Positions 50,631-61,559 of a DNA stretch of 64,000 nt are shown here, piece after piece (within the stretch, counting starts at the first letter, position 1; every line of letters starts with the position of its first letter). The translations under genes and the position numbers were made by a program. Below the pieces are notes generated by a model. That model saw only the letters and a program-made list of their open reading frames with translations. It searched no databases and was not told the DNA's origin. The stretch is from Tubulanus polymorphus (lineage: Eukaryota > Animalia > Nemertea): positions 14,329,653 through 14,393,652 of the forward strand of contig NC_134028.1 of NCBI RefSeq assembly GCF_964204645.1, written 5' to 3'.

Positions 50631-53560
50631 ATTAGGGTTTTCTGTTGCTTCACAGAAAACCCTATTGAAATTCGCGTGATTATTTTTTTTCCCTTTTCCA
50701 CACAGTTTTTGTTAAAAGTGTAAAGGCTTCCTAACCTTACCGCTGTCGCCGATCACTTCAATCTCCAGATACTGCATGGGAATTTTGATAAATCTACGTT
50801 ATAAAGGCACTGTCGAGCCGTAAACATCGGAAATTTGGCTCCGTTCAATTAGTAGCCATGTTGTGTTTTCTTTCCGAAATTTCTCTTTTCTTTATGAGGA
50901 AGAGCTATCGAATTATTCCCTCTCTTCTCCACAATCAATTTCAAAGTCAATTTTATGAATTTATTGCTCAGCGGGTCCGAGTCCAAGAGTTTACGAGTCC
51001 GGCATTCGCGTGTCTGACAGGTTTACGGGCATTTGTTTGTTACCTCTTTAATATTTTTGATTTCTTGTATTCCGGTTATTTCATTTAAGTATATTGCTGA
51101 TCAGTAATATGATCAGATGTATCTGATCAGATGTAATGCTGGTCAGATGTAACCAAAAGCATCAATAAACAGATTTTGAATTGATCAAGTTTAAATCAAG
51201 GTCGTTGAGTCGCTGAGGGCTGCTAGAATTACGTTCGTCTCAGAGAGAAAACAAATGACAGAAAAGTATCAGGTGATTATCGATAGCCTACTACGGTACA
51301 CACAGTTGACAAACAGTGTTAGGCCTGTGCCGGTTGGTGCGTACTGGGACTAAATATACTGGTTGGTCAGTTGGTTCGGTTGTGAAGTGTGGAAGCTAAG
51401 AAAGCCTACCGCAGTACCGGTATTTATTTGTCTATAGGCCTATTATATAGTAGCCAATACCAGTAAGTACGTAGTTGTTACTCGTACGTGACTGTATAGT
51501 GATCTCCACAGGTTAACCGTACGTGAGTTCCCTACTAACGCCGTACGTGAGTTCTTAGTAGCCAATACCATTTTTTAAGTACGAAGTTGTTACCCGTATG
51601 TGACTGTACGGTGATATCCACAGGTTAACCGTACGTGAGTTCCCTAAAAACGCCGTACGTGAGTTCCTATAATCTGCAAACGCACATGCGTGAAAGAATA
51701 GAGTTTGGGTTAGGTGAGGTTAGGTTATTTGTAAATCAAATTTCATCCACCCTGCAGATACGTTCTGTGGCACAGTGGGTAAATCACTGGACTACAACTA
51801 GATTATTTTTTCGTTTGGTTTCGAATCCCAATATTGCAAGTCTGAGCGTCAACATACTCACATACGGCTAACCTGTAGAAATTACCGTACAGTCACGTAC
51901 AGGTAACAACAGCGTTTTAAGTATTAAGTGAGTACGACAAGCCTACCATGCCTATGTACTACAAACACAACTTTTTCCCTCTCGTCGGCCCTACAGTGAT
52001 GTTACTATAACTGGTGCAATTATAACATGGATAGGATTTGGTCAGGACTAGCCTAAAGTCTAATTCAGTCTATGTACTAATTCACTCGATAGGCCTATTT
52101 TTAAAACAATACAGTGAAGTATTCACACGCGGAAAGGCTAATTGATTTGAGCCATGTGATTAAATTTGGCCAGGCCTTCTCTGACCTGCTGACATTAATA
52201 GTCAAACCAAAACCTTCATGTGGTCACGGCTTGTATACCAGAAATCATTGTAGGCCTGTACATTTTGCTGTTTGTAGGTTTGGTATACCGATTTCTCCAT
52301 TCTTGACTGATAAGTGTACAGTATAGCGTACGCATTATACAATTGTTCCAATGGGAATAGGGCCTATTGATTGGGCTTATTATTTCCTGCTTTAGAATAC
52401 TGAAATAAGCCCAACGTTCATTCAAATATCCAATATCGGTGAAAGTTTGATTTCTGTATACATGCACTGTAGGTTTTCATGTTGTATGAATATTTTGCAG
52501 TTCAAATGGGTATGATGCTGATTCCAATGTCAAACGCATGCAGTTAGATGATCAAGGACAGTCAACACCAAGATATCTCTCTTCGACCGATGTTGCACCA
52601 AAGAAGATCTGATTCTTTCAACTCAAGGAAAGTGATTCAACACGATCGACATAACACTGGAATAGGTTTGCAGTAACTAATGGTTCATTTCAATTAGTCT
52701 TATGTACTTTTTAGCCAATTTGGATTTGATTGTAATTGAAACTCTGGAACTTTTAACGAAAGACAAGTTGAAAAAACACAAGTTATGCTTGATTCTCATG
52801 TTCAAATTTAATTCAAATTCAAATTCATTTTATTGCATCATATTTACAAAGCATATCATTGGTTCATACAGTAATAAAAATTAGGACAGAACAAATATTA
52901 TTACAGAATTTCCAAAAAGGCAATGAATTTCTATAACTAAATGAACATTGTTTTTCTAATAACTCAGATCAAGAGTGACTCTCCCGTTTATTAGGAAACA
53001 CACGCAACTAGCGGAATAGGTTTGATTTACACACATGTTGCAGGTATCAATTGTTTATCACTATAGAATTTGTAATCCATAAAAGCCAAAATCAACATCA
53101 GCCGGAGACCCAGACCAGATCAATTCATAATTTATTGATTGAATCTACACTACAATATATGTATTTATTCAAATATTTCAATAAAAACATTAACTTCTAA
53201 ATCTATTCTAAATCATAATACGTTCTTATCTGTAAATTCACTCAATCTATCGACTCAGCAGGTGCTTAAGATGAGTTCTTAATAGGACAGATCCATTTTT
53301 AAGCATGGTGATAATACAGTATCTTGATGTTTGAATGCCAAAATAAATGCCTGGTCAAATAAATTAATATTTGTTGATTGTACATCCGCGTATGTTCGTT
53401 TCAAAGCTGAATCATATTTGACGTTTACACAGTGGTAGCATATTAGGTTCGAATCTGTCAATGCATTTTATTCTATGTATCGGTATTTCAATTTACTACA
53501 ATTCCCATCTTTCTGAATCGCTTTGCAGAAAACCCGTCATCGCTGCTTGGCAGCTATATT
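50631..53560 (+). mobile_element. Helentron-type non-autonomous element copy B, inserted into copy A
   Basis: 5' IR TAGGGTTTTCTG..CAGAAAACCCTA; 3' subTIR CAGAAAACCC plus hairpin GCTGC-TTG-GCAGC; T-rich site, no TSD. Confidence 0.75.
51765..51835 (+). mobile_element. tRNA-derived SINE head or decayed tRNA
   Basis: A-box-like TGGCACAGTGG and B-box-like GTTTCGAATCCC; absent from the paralogous site at ~49760. Confidence 0.45.
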
Positions 53561-54629
53561 TTCATTTAGTCCTCTGTACTTATAGCCAATTTGGATTTGA
53601 TTATAAGTGAAAGTCTGGAACTGTTAACAAGAGACAAGTTAGACAAGTGGAAAAACACAAGTTATGCTTGATTCTCAAACCCAAATATAATTCAAATTCA
53701 AATTTATTTATTATATCATATTTACAAAGCATATAATTGGTTCATACAGTAATAAAAACTAGGACAGAGCTAATATTATTATATAATTTTTAAAAAGGTA
53801 ATGAATTTCTATAACTAAATGAACATTATTTTTCTATAACTAAGATCAAGAGTGACTCTCTTGTTTATTAGGAAACACACGCAACTATTGGAATACACAA
53901 ATGTTGCAGGAATAAGAATAAATTGTTTATCCGTATAGAATTTGTTATCTTTAAAAGCCAAAATCAACATCAGCCCGAAACCCAGTCCAAATCAATTCAT
54001 AATTTATTGATTAAATCTACACTACAATATATGAATTTATTCAAATATTTCAATAAAAAGATTAGCTACCAAATCTATTCCAAATCATAATTCGTTCTCA
54101 TCTGTAAATTAACGCAATCTATCGCAGGTGCTTAAGATGAGTTCTTAATAGGACGGATCCATTTTTTAAGCGTGGTGATAATACAGTATCATGATGTTTG
54201 AATGCCAAAATAAATGTCTGGTCGAATAAATTCATATTTGTTGATTGTATATCCGTGTATATTCGGTTTAAAAGCTGATTCACATTAGACGTGTACACAG
54301 TGGTTGCATATCAGGTTCGAATCTGTCAATGCATTTTATTATATGTATCGGTATTTCAATTTACTACAAATCCCATCATCCTGAATGGCTTTGCAGAAAA
54401 CCCGTCATCGCTGCAGCTATATTTTAATTCATAACCATCAATTTTATAAATCATTGTTTGAAATGGTTCCATTTATTAAGCCAAAAATTCAATTAAAAAA
54501 ACACAATTCATTACTCCTCGTTTTAACCTCGTTTTTAAAACAAAAAACCCTTAAATTTTTACGCCTCATTTTAACCTCGTTTTTAATTTCAAAATTCATT
54601 AGACATTCGCTCCTCACATTTGTAAGTGT

Positions 54630-56335
54630 AAATAAATTGCCCATGGGCAAAGTGTGGTTTACCATGAAAGCTAGAATTTGTTTGGAATAAGGGCATTGCT
54701 TGAAAAATCTTTTTGATTCGTGACTTCAAAGTTCCACAAGTTTATATTGTATTTTATCTTTCTTAAAGAATTATTTTGTAGTCAAATGAGACCAAAGATA
54801 TACATTTGTTTATGGTCCACATCCAAAATTTTGTAGGGTACAGGTAGGCGCGGCAGGGAAACTGTTTTATATTTTCAAAAAAATATGTTTCACAATATGA
54901 AAAAATATTCAAATAAGGCCATCCCAAAATAATTGTCTGTTTGCCGCAACACCGACTCAACTTTTCAGGATGAGTCGGTAGGTAGGTTCAATATCGCAAA
55001 AAAATCATCTACGTTGTGCACGGGAAATTTGTCTAACAGCGTAGATTTCAAGAATTATTCTAAAATTATAACTTCGTCCAGAGCGTCATCTCTGTGTTAA
55101 AAATGAAACAGTACATCGAATAAGTGCGCGCTTTTACGTTACCAGCTTTAATATAGTCACTATTAGAATGAATGGCAGCTTATTCAAACACTGCCAGTTT
55201 GGAAAACTTAAACTAGGCCACATGTCAAGGCATGTTTTCACACAATGCACACTTGAATTAAAACATACGTAGCTCATAGTCGGCAGTGGGTCGGTCGGCC
55301 GTTTTTATCAAAAATAAATTTATTTCAATGAATCCCAGAAAAAAGTTTTCAATCGGTACTTTTGATGTCAGGTTGGTCGGGTTACGGCAAACAGACCATT
55401 ATTTGGGGATGGCCTAAAATTTATATGATGTCACATATCAGAGGGAGGCTGAATATTGGGTCTATATATTAACCTCTTCCAATGTTGGCCACGGAAGCTA
55501 AAATACCGGTACAGAAGAAATCGGCTAGGCCTATTAGATCGTTTTTAATCCTGGAATTTACCACTACTATATTCAGACCTCGACAGACCTCATAGTTGGC
55601 TGCTTAGTATTTTCAGGTCACGAGAAATTACAAGTTATTACAAATTCTATCGAACAGAAAACACAGCGCTCATCTTCTGCTACGATTATTCAGCCTATTT
55701 TCATGTGAAACGTGCACGCGTTACAGCATCACCCTTAGTAGTGTACTGTACGAGCTTGTGTGTGTATGGTAGCACTCCGCGCGCATGTGGAGGCCGCGTG
55801 TAAGTGAATATTCGCTTACACCTCAATGATATTCGCTTACACCTCAATGTCTATCAAAACAATCACCGGGTATTAAAATGAAACAATACCTATGGCAGAT
55901 GAGTGAAATAATTACATCCTCACCAGCAATGAGCATTTGAAATCGGCACGTATACGGCACCTAGTCCAATGAAACTTACGCCATTCTATGGCTTTCCCAT
56001 AATTATTCTAGTAGCACGGAAATTCCCCGTATATCCCAAAAACAACCAATCCCATTCGCTCGTAGAGACGACGCCCCCAATCGGGGTCATTGCAATTTTA
56101 TACGCGAGAGCTAAGAATTTCCCGCCAAAAACAGTTTTTCGTAGAATTTTAACTCAGTTCACAATGTCATCGACGGAGGTTCGCCATGTCTTCAATCGCA
56201 TCGATTATGCGTCGTTTAAACCGAGAACCAATGAAACAAATGCTCACATAAAAAAACGTAACGCGATTTTACATGAATTGGCTCAATGCCAACATCATAT
56301 CGCTGACAAATGTAAACCAAAAAGCAAAAAAGATT
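54630..56335. repeat. ~1.7 kb interspersed repeat, copy 2
   Basis: Colinear with 2050-3735. Confidence 0.88.
54917..55414. mobile_element. PIF/Harbinger-type MITE
   Basis: TAA-GGCCATCCC...GGGATGGCC-TAA: TIRs with 3-bp TAA TSD. Confidence 0.78.
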
Positions 56336-56573
56336 AATTGTTATTAATGTTTTTATTTCATATCGTTTCTTTGATGGTTTTGTTCTATTATTTATTGACA
56401 CTAAGATTGCTTTTCTGTCTCCCATTGATAAGGAAAAAGAACATTTGGAATGTGGATGAGTGGTGATAAGTGATTTGACGCCCTCTCGCCCTCTGGCCTG
56501 AAACCCTGATTTTACAATTACTTCTGTAATGTCAGTCCAGATGCTACTTTATACTAATTATAAATGCGATAAG

Positions 56574-56802
56574 TAGCGGCGGATCTAGGGGGATGCAAGT
56601 GTACCTGCACCCAATTCAGTCCTCATTGGACTGACCCTTTCGTGAGAAAGAAGAAAAAAACACGTGAAAAATCCCCGAAAAATATGTAGGCCTAAAGCTT
56701 TGTTATTGTGCATCTAATTGTACCCACTTTTCTCGGTGAGGACCCCTGTCCCTCATCCGTATTTGTGCACCCCCCCCCCCTGAAATCCTGGATCCGCCGC
56801 TG
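56574..56802. mobile_element. hAT-like MITE about 20 bp from an SLC28 splice donor
   Basis: TIR AGCGGCGGATCTAGG / CCTGGATCCGCCGCTG; ATAAGT on both flanks. Confidence 0.65.
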
Positions 56803-56821
56803 ATAAGTCGTTTGTTTTTAC

Positions 56822-56990
56822 CTGGAAGGTCAGTCCTGGATGGCCAACTCGTTGACCCAACCAATCCAACGTTGAATTGAGAAAATGGAGCAGAGCTATG
56901 AAGGCGATGAGATTAACAGCTATATTAGCAACAAGACTGATCGACTGTGATGCTCCATTAGCTGCAGCCTCTATTACATTCTTCTCAGTG
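56822..56990 (-). CDS. SLC28A3: SLC28 exon (TEKNVIEAAANGA..VANIAVNLIAFIALL..LTFQ)
   Basis: CNT motif; canonical splice sites; 169 bp, phase 2 to 0. Confidence 0.95.
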
Positions 56991-57190
56991 CTGTGAAAAA
57001 AAAGGTTCACTGTATGTATGATATATGATGACACGATAAGATTAAAACCCACTACATGTATATGCAGACTAAATGGTTTGAAATTAGAAACGAGGATTTA
57101 TTCAATCAAAAATTAACCGACATACACGACGTTTCGATCACATCAAAGATCATCGTCATCTCTAATGTGAGATCTAAACGGGATGTCTTC

Positions 57191-57912
57191 TTATTAGGGT
57201 TTCTACTACTCTAGCAGAAACCCTCTTGTTATTCTGTTGATTGTCATCATTTTTTCCCACTTTCCAGCCAAAGTTCTAAAAAAGGAGCCACAAGGGGCAC
57301 TATGGGCAGCCTGTCAGCTTTTCATAAAATGGCAAATAATACATTATGTGGGTTATATTTATCAAAATACACTCCAAGCTCATGAGTCAATACCTATAAT
57401 TTACACAATACAATTGTGTTTTCATAAGTAGCAAAGATAGCGACTGCAGCTGGTAGAAACAAATACCTCAGATAAATCTTATCCCTTGGTCTTATTAATC
57501 TGAATGCGGAATAAAATTGAATTTTCATAAATTTGCTCAATAAAACAAACTTTAATTAGATTTAATGTTATATTTGTTCAATAAAGTAAAGTTGAATTAG
57601 ATTTGATTTTTTGGCAGAATACATTTTGATTGAATTTGAATTTTGCGTACATGGCTTATCAGCACATCAAGGTCATCCATCCGATTTGAGAAAAAAGCTA
57701 TTTTTATGGACACTGCATAATTGTCAACGGTATTTTTTGTAGTGCAAATAAAAATATTTCTCCCAAAAAGCAAATCAACTAAAGATTTCACATAAATCGA
57801 TCTTGAAACGTATTTCTAAATCACAAAGTAACACCTGCTGATCTCTGCGGCTGAGCCAATAATCGAGGTGTCTTTCTGATTGGGTTTTTAAAACAGATAT
57901 CTTTGCGTTCAG
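57191..57912 (+). mobile_element. 5' part of another Helentron-type element
   Basis: TTATTAGGGTTTCT..AGAAACCCT start; includes the repeat shared with 11376-11890. Confidence 0.5.
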
Positions 57913-60002
57913 AGTTTGTTCAGATTGCGTCATTTTCCATCGCAAATCGCGTAATCAGACTGATATCAGCGTTTCATCTATCTGTGACGCCAGAGTTAGG
58001 TTATTCTTGTCGTGCAAATAGTTTCGTTTTTCGTGGTCGCTTATCACGACCATAAAAAGGTGCGAATGATATTTTGAATGAATCTATGCGATTGAGTCGC
58101 CTTCGAGTGGCTGTGATTTAATTAGAAATTTGCCGACTAAATGTTTATTTTAGGATGATAATAAAAAAAATTTATACAAGAGGCCCATGAGCCTGGAAGC
58201 ATTGAAAGATTATCCTGTGGTGAGGTATTAAAATGGTTAATATTTTTCTTCGACAAATATGCACGAATAGAATCATGTGGAGGTAACATGAGAAATTAGG
58301 GAATAGAATTGTGAACAAATGAAGGCAGCCCACGATTTACAGTGGACTCCTCCCTACTCGCTACCGGATGAGTCGGTAAACTGGCTGCTTCGTTAAAATC
58401 TAATCCCCAACGTAAATCCCAAAAATTCCCCGACCTCCAATTTTGTATTCGGTAAAATATTATGGTTCAAATGCGCCCGAGATAGGCGGAGTTATCTGTA
58501 TTGTGAAAATAAAAGGCGTCCGCCGTTGATGATGGAATATCGCAACTAAGGATTTGGTTAATAACTGTTGGCGTCATAAGCAAGGGTGTTATGCATAATT
58601 GCCTAGATAAGCAATTAAGCCGTTTAGATTTCGGTAAGAGCGTTCCCAAGTATTAACTGATTACTAGGCTTCGGCTATTTTGCGGTTGATTAGGTGACTC
58701 GGGTGTTGGGTTCGACTCCGTGAAATTCGTTTAACCTCATTTTTCTTGTAAATTTGTGTAAATCATGACGACCTACCACCCAACAGGTGTGATTTTCAAT
58801 ATCGTATCACTCACAACCACCTTTTGAGGCCTAGGACTAGTTCCAATAAACAAGGGTAATTTTTCTTTCAGATTCTTTCTAATTGGCACATCTTACCGTA
58901 ACGCATGCGTATGAAAAATGAATATACGCAGAGGTTTAGAGAGAAATATTGAAGATGAAGCCAGAGTCGAACCCTGAATATAAAAAGTGATTATTAATTG
59001 CCGAATTACGTGCTTCGCTAACTAACTAAATAGAAAGACTTCGATGTACGCCTCAGGTTGTTCACTGGATGGGCAGGCATAGTTCGAAAATATTATCAGT
59101 GTGCGGTAGAGACGATTTTTGGCTGGGTCTACTGTTTTACATGAATGTAGTTTCAATTTGAATTTTCTTTGAAAACGAGAAGCGTCTTGAGAATTGACTT
59201 TCGATTCATTTTACTAGCATTACGTAGACTTCAACCAATGCAAAAAAAGAAGAAATTAAATATGAGTGCTGATTTAAAAGTGGACAGAAATTGTTTCCTG
59301 ATTTCTAACTAGTAGCAATGTGTTAAATTTCTCAATTCGATGTCCCTGTTTGCACAAACTACTACTATAAAACAAGAGGCCTTGGAGCTTCAGTTATGAT
59401 GTTACACGATTTATTTGTAACCACGTTAGATCATCAGTTGGGCTTTTTTCGTTTCAGAACATTAACAAAATCTTTTAAAACTGTTTGTTTGTCCGTATAG
59501 GACCGGAGCAACTTTTTAACCAGTCAAAAACTTTTTTAGAACTATTTGCTCAACTTTTCATCCTGCTTTTTGTTTGCTGGTCTATCAAATCATTCAAGTT
59601 TCAAACGTCACATCACTGAATACCTTATAAACTACACTGAATAACTTATATAACTAGGGTTAGAAGATGGGAGTATGCTGGAAATGTAGAAGAGGTGCTA
59701 TCATCAAAATGTAAGTAATTATAAGGGATGGTTAGCGTAGTTCAGGTAGGAGAAGAATAAAAGAAGTAGAACTGAACATACCAAATAGGTAAGGGATGCA
59801 AGCGGGTGAGGTCATTGAGGTCATGGTTACGGAATGTGAGAATGCGTGTAAAAATGTTATCACATTGTATTGCGTGTAAATAGTATACACAACTGTGTAA
59901 GCGCACACGCACGCACGCACACACAGACACGCACATACCAACACACATTACTTCAATCACATTCGATAACCCTTATTTTTTTCCATCGAAGGGATTACTC
60001 AC

Positions 60003-60133
60003 GGGGGCTCCATATGTTTAACGTCATCAGCCTTTGTCTTCGATTCCTCGGTTTCTGGCCAGAAAAGTTTAGATATAGCTAATGCTGCAGGCGCTGACAT
60101 CACGGATGCACTTAGTAAATGGTTTGCTGGAAC
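60003..60133 (-). CDS. SLC28A3: SLC28 exon (VPANHLLSASVMSAPAALAISKLFWPE...)
   Basis: Hallmark motif ASVMSAPAAL; 131 bp, phase 0 to 2; not in the ORF track. Confidence 0.95.
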
Positions 60134-60316
60134 CTATATGGAAAAAGTGTTAAATACATAAATACAGCTTACGTAAAATGAGTAAAAGTAAATAACATAA
60201 CGTCGGACTTTGTCAAACTAATAAAACATATGTAGAACTGTAGGCCATAGTATCCTCGCTTATTGCAATAAACGGAGGAATGCGTTTTTTCTTAAAACCA
60301 GTTGTGCCGAGCGTAC

Positions 60317-60442
60317 CCCGAACCCGATATATGCGGCCATTACACTTCCAGCGATTGTAGCAAATCCACCAGTGCAAACAGCATGCAATTCAGATTGTGT
60401 CATATCTTGAAGCAACGGGCGAATCATCAATGGAGCTTCGCT
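60317..60442 (-). CDS. SLC28A3: SLC28 exon ([35 protein letters not shown])
   Basis: Hallmark motif GFATIAGSV; 126 bp, phase 0 to 0; not in the ORF track. Confidence 0.95.
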
Positions 60443-60559
60443 CTATAAAAACACATGATGAGATATCAATACATAATCTAAGTTATACAATCAATTATTT
60501 TGATTCTTAGGAATCCTTCATGGAATCCACCGTAACAAAAATCCAAGATTGAGGTTAAA

Positions 60560-61420
60560 ACACTCCATCCACATACACAATCTTTGATAACGATTTATGA
60601 GTACCGTTACATAAAAAGTACCAAAAAACGAACCAAGTCTCAAGATCCCAACCCAAACGAAATTCTTGAGCTTTCGGACTCGTGTCCTTCATCAGAATAG
60701 AATTTATTTGCTTTGAATTGTACATTTTGGTTACTAAGAAGATACAACGATATATTGTCACATTGATACAGATGATGCGAAGTGGGCAATAATATTCTTA
60801 TTTTTATTGCAACTAGTTTAGTTTGCTATTGATACCAAATGGTTTTTGTGTTCTTAATTTCATGATCCACAATTTATCAATAGTCTTTCTATAGGTAATC
60901 ATTTTTATGAAGTTTCTCAATGCCCATGATTGATACAGAATGGTTTAAAGTGTTGAAATATTGTGCGATTGGATCGTCAGGTTTACGGCGTATTAGGGGC
61001 AAATTGAGTAATTGACGTTGGTATAGTGAATCCCCCGTCTCCCCCACGTAGATAAATTTGTCACATTTATTACAAAAAATTACATACACCGCATTTTGTG
61101 ATTTACAGTTGATAAAGTTTCGTGTAACATAATACGAGGACCCTTCATAATTGATGAACTTATCTGAGTTAGACATGTACGGACATATTTCGCAGTTTTT
61201 ACCGCATGGTTCACATCTATTTTGTTTTTTAGAAAACATTAGGTAATGTTTTTTGTGTATTAAAATATCACATAATGAAGTATCTCTTCTGTAAGCTACA
61301 ACAGGTGGTTCTTTGAATAAGTTCTATCATTGCTTTTGCTGTACTTGAAGTGAAGATATTGTTATGATAGGCAATTTTTGATATTCATAAAACATGCGTA
61401 AATCGATAGCAGTTGTATTT
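60560..61420 (-). mobile_element. Penelope-like element 3' fragment (GIY-YIG endonuclease)
   Basis: PCGKNCEICPY..NCKSQNAVYVIFCNKC..YVGETG; upstream VVAYRRD; downstream hammerhead. Confidence 0.85.
60659..60705 (-). ncRNA. Minimal type I hammerhead ribozyme
   Basis: Minus strand AATTCTATT-CTGATGA-AGGAC-ACGA-GTCC-GAAA-GC-TC-AAGAATT: full core, stem II, palindromic AGCT stem III, pairing stem I. Confidence 0.75.
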
Positions 61421-61559
61421 TCATAATACATAAGTAATTGGAAAAACAGGGTTTCATACCAGAGGACGAGAGGACGACACATCACTCATCACCACTCATA
61501 ATTTTTTTTTCTAATAAAGGGAGACAGTGAGTTCCTGACAGAAAAAATTGATGTTAATA

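Larger units (their letters stand above)
29700..54425 (+). mobile_element. Helentron-type element copy A, expanded to ~25 kb by nested insertions (5' end not found)
   Basis: Segments 29700-29799, 31988-33264, 49453-50630 and 53561-54425 join into a sequence colinear with copy B (50631-53560); 3' end CAGAAAACCC-GTCATC-GCTGCAGC-TATATTTT. Confidence 0.7.

Noticed and set aside
52700-54425. Apparent ~870-bp tandem duplication
   Set aside because: Better explained as the 3' ends of two nested copies of the same Helentron-type element
58665-58725. GGTTCGACTCC B-box-like motif as a tRNA gene
   Set aside because: No convincing cloverleaf or A box
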